Shown here in pieces: positions 36,974-37,414 of a stretch of 37,414 bases of DNA. Position numbers and translations under genes: made by a program. How positions within the stretch are numbered: the first letter of the stretch is position 1; each line of letters opens with the position of its first letter. Source of the DNA: Candidatus Hadarchaeales archaeon (GTDB lineage: Archaea; Hadarchaeota; Hadarchaeia; Hadarchaeales; WYZ-LMO6); the NCBI GenBank assembly GCA_038851755.1, contig JAWCKR010000014.1:1-37414 (forward strand), given 5' to 3'. Under the pieces are notes generated by a model that was not told the DNA's origin, did no database searches, and worked only from the letters and a program-made list of their open reading frames with translations.

Positions 36974-37352
36974 CCAGCCTCCCGACCAGTCCGAGCACTC
37001 TCCTCTTTATCTCCCCCACCACCCTCCTGGCCTCCCCCGGCTCCATGTCCGCCGGGTCGGGGAGTTCCCACCTCTCCACGGGAGCATGCACGACGGGACA
37101 TCGCGTCCCGCAGACCACCACTACCATGTCAGCTCCCTCGAGGAGTTCGCGGGTGAGGAGGCGAGGCTTCCTATCGCCCAGCTCTATCCCCTCTTCCCTC
37201 ATGAGCTCGGCGGCGATGGGGTGTACGACCTGAGCGGGGGAGATTCCGGCACTCACCGCTCTCCACCCCCTGGGCGCATATCTGTTGAAGTAGGCCTCTG
37301 CCACTACACTCCTAAAACTGTTCTCCACACAGACGAAAAGAACGGTCCTCAT
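36939..37352 (-). CDS. arsC: Arsenate reductase / LMW phosphatase family
   Basis: VLFVCVENSFRS P-loop, SAG, VVCGTRCP, WELPDP. Confidence 0.85.
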   Translation of the reverse strand: MRTVLFVCVENSFRSVVAEAYFNRYAPRGWRAVSAGISPAQVVHPIAAELMREEGIELGDRKPRLLTRELLEGADMVVVVCGTRCPVVHAPVERWELPDPADMEPGEARRVVGEIKRRVLGLVGRLATSSTGAGTPS

Positions 37353-37414
37353 CCTCCCCAGTCCAGGAGCCTCCTCTCCCCTTCGATCCTCTTCAGCTCC
37401 GTTATGTCCTGGGT
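37349..37414 (-). CDS. C-terminus of a PAS-domain (DUF438-like) protein, partial
   Basis: TQDITELKRIEGERRLLDWGG*; QDIT is a PAS/PAC end motif; ATGA overlap with arsC. Confidence 0.6.
   Translation of the reverse strand, partial: TQDITELKRIEGERRLLDWGG

Overview
This is an archaeal chromosomal window with a high-GC backbone and AGG/ATA codon usage. Nop5, fibrillarin, RFC-L, type II Map and intron-containing tRNAs identify it as archaeal; a Hadarchaeota-like host is only my impression. An unknown W/P/F-rich gene appears twice (1-186 is identical to 3227-3412), and the two copies flank acdB and a nitrilase. A visibly AT-richer block (~3413-13945) carries a secreted esterase, a broken ribbon-helix-helix (RHH) regulator, glnK-amt, a guaA remnant, glnA and a five-gene split glutamate synthase cluster. 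It is followed by tRNA-Met and tRNA-Gly, both with introns, and then housekeeping genes (rpiA, mscL, trmO, prx, thyX, DRG GTPase, trx, trkA/H, map, fibrillarin-nop5, pdxST, sppA, rad50-mre11, rfcL, an orphan MTase and arsC). The top finding is the 37-nt tRNA-Met intron: it contains a box C'/D' kink-turn and a guide antisense to its own anticodon loop, which places C34 exactly at the +5 methylation position. Two microproteins missing from the ORF track were also found. All protein calls come from motif recognition, not database searches.
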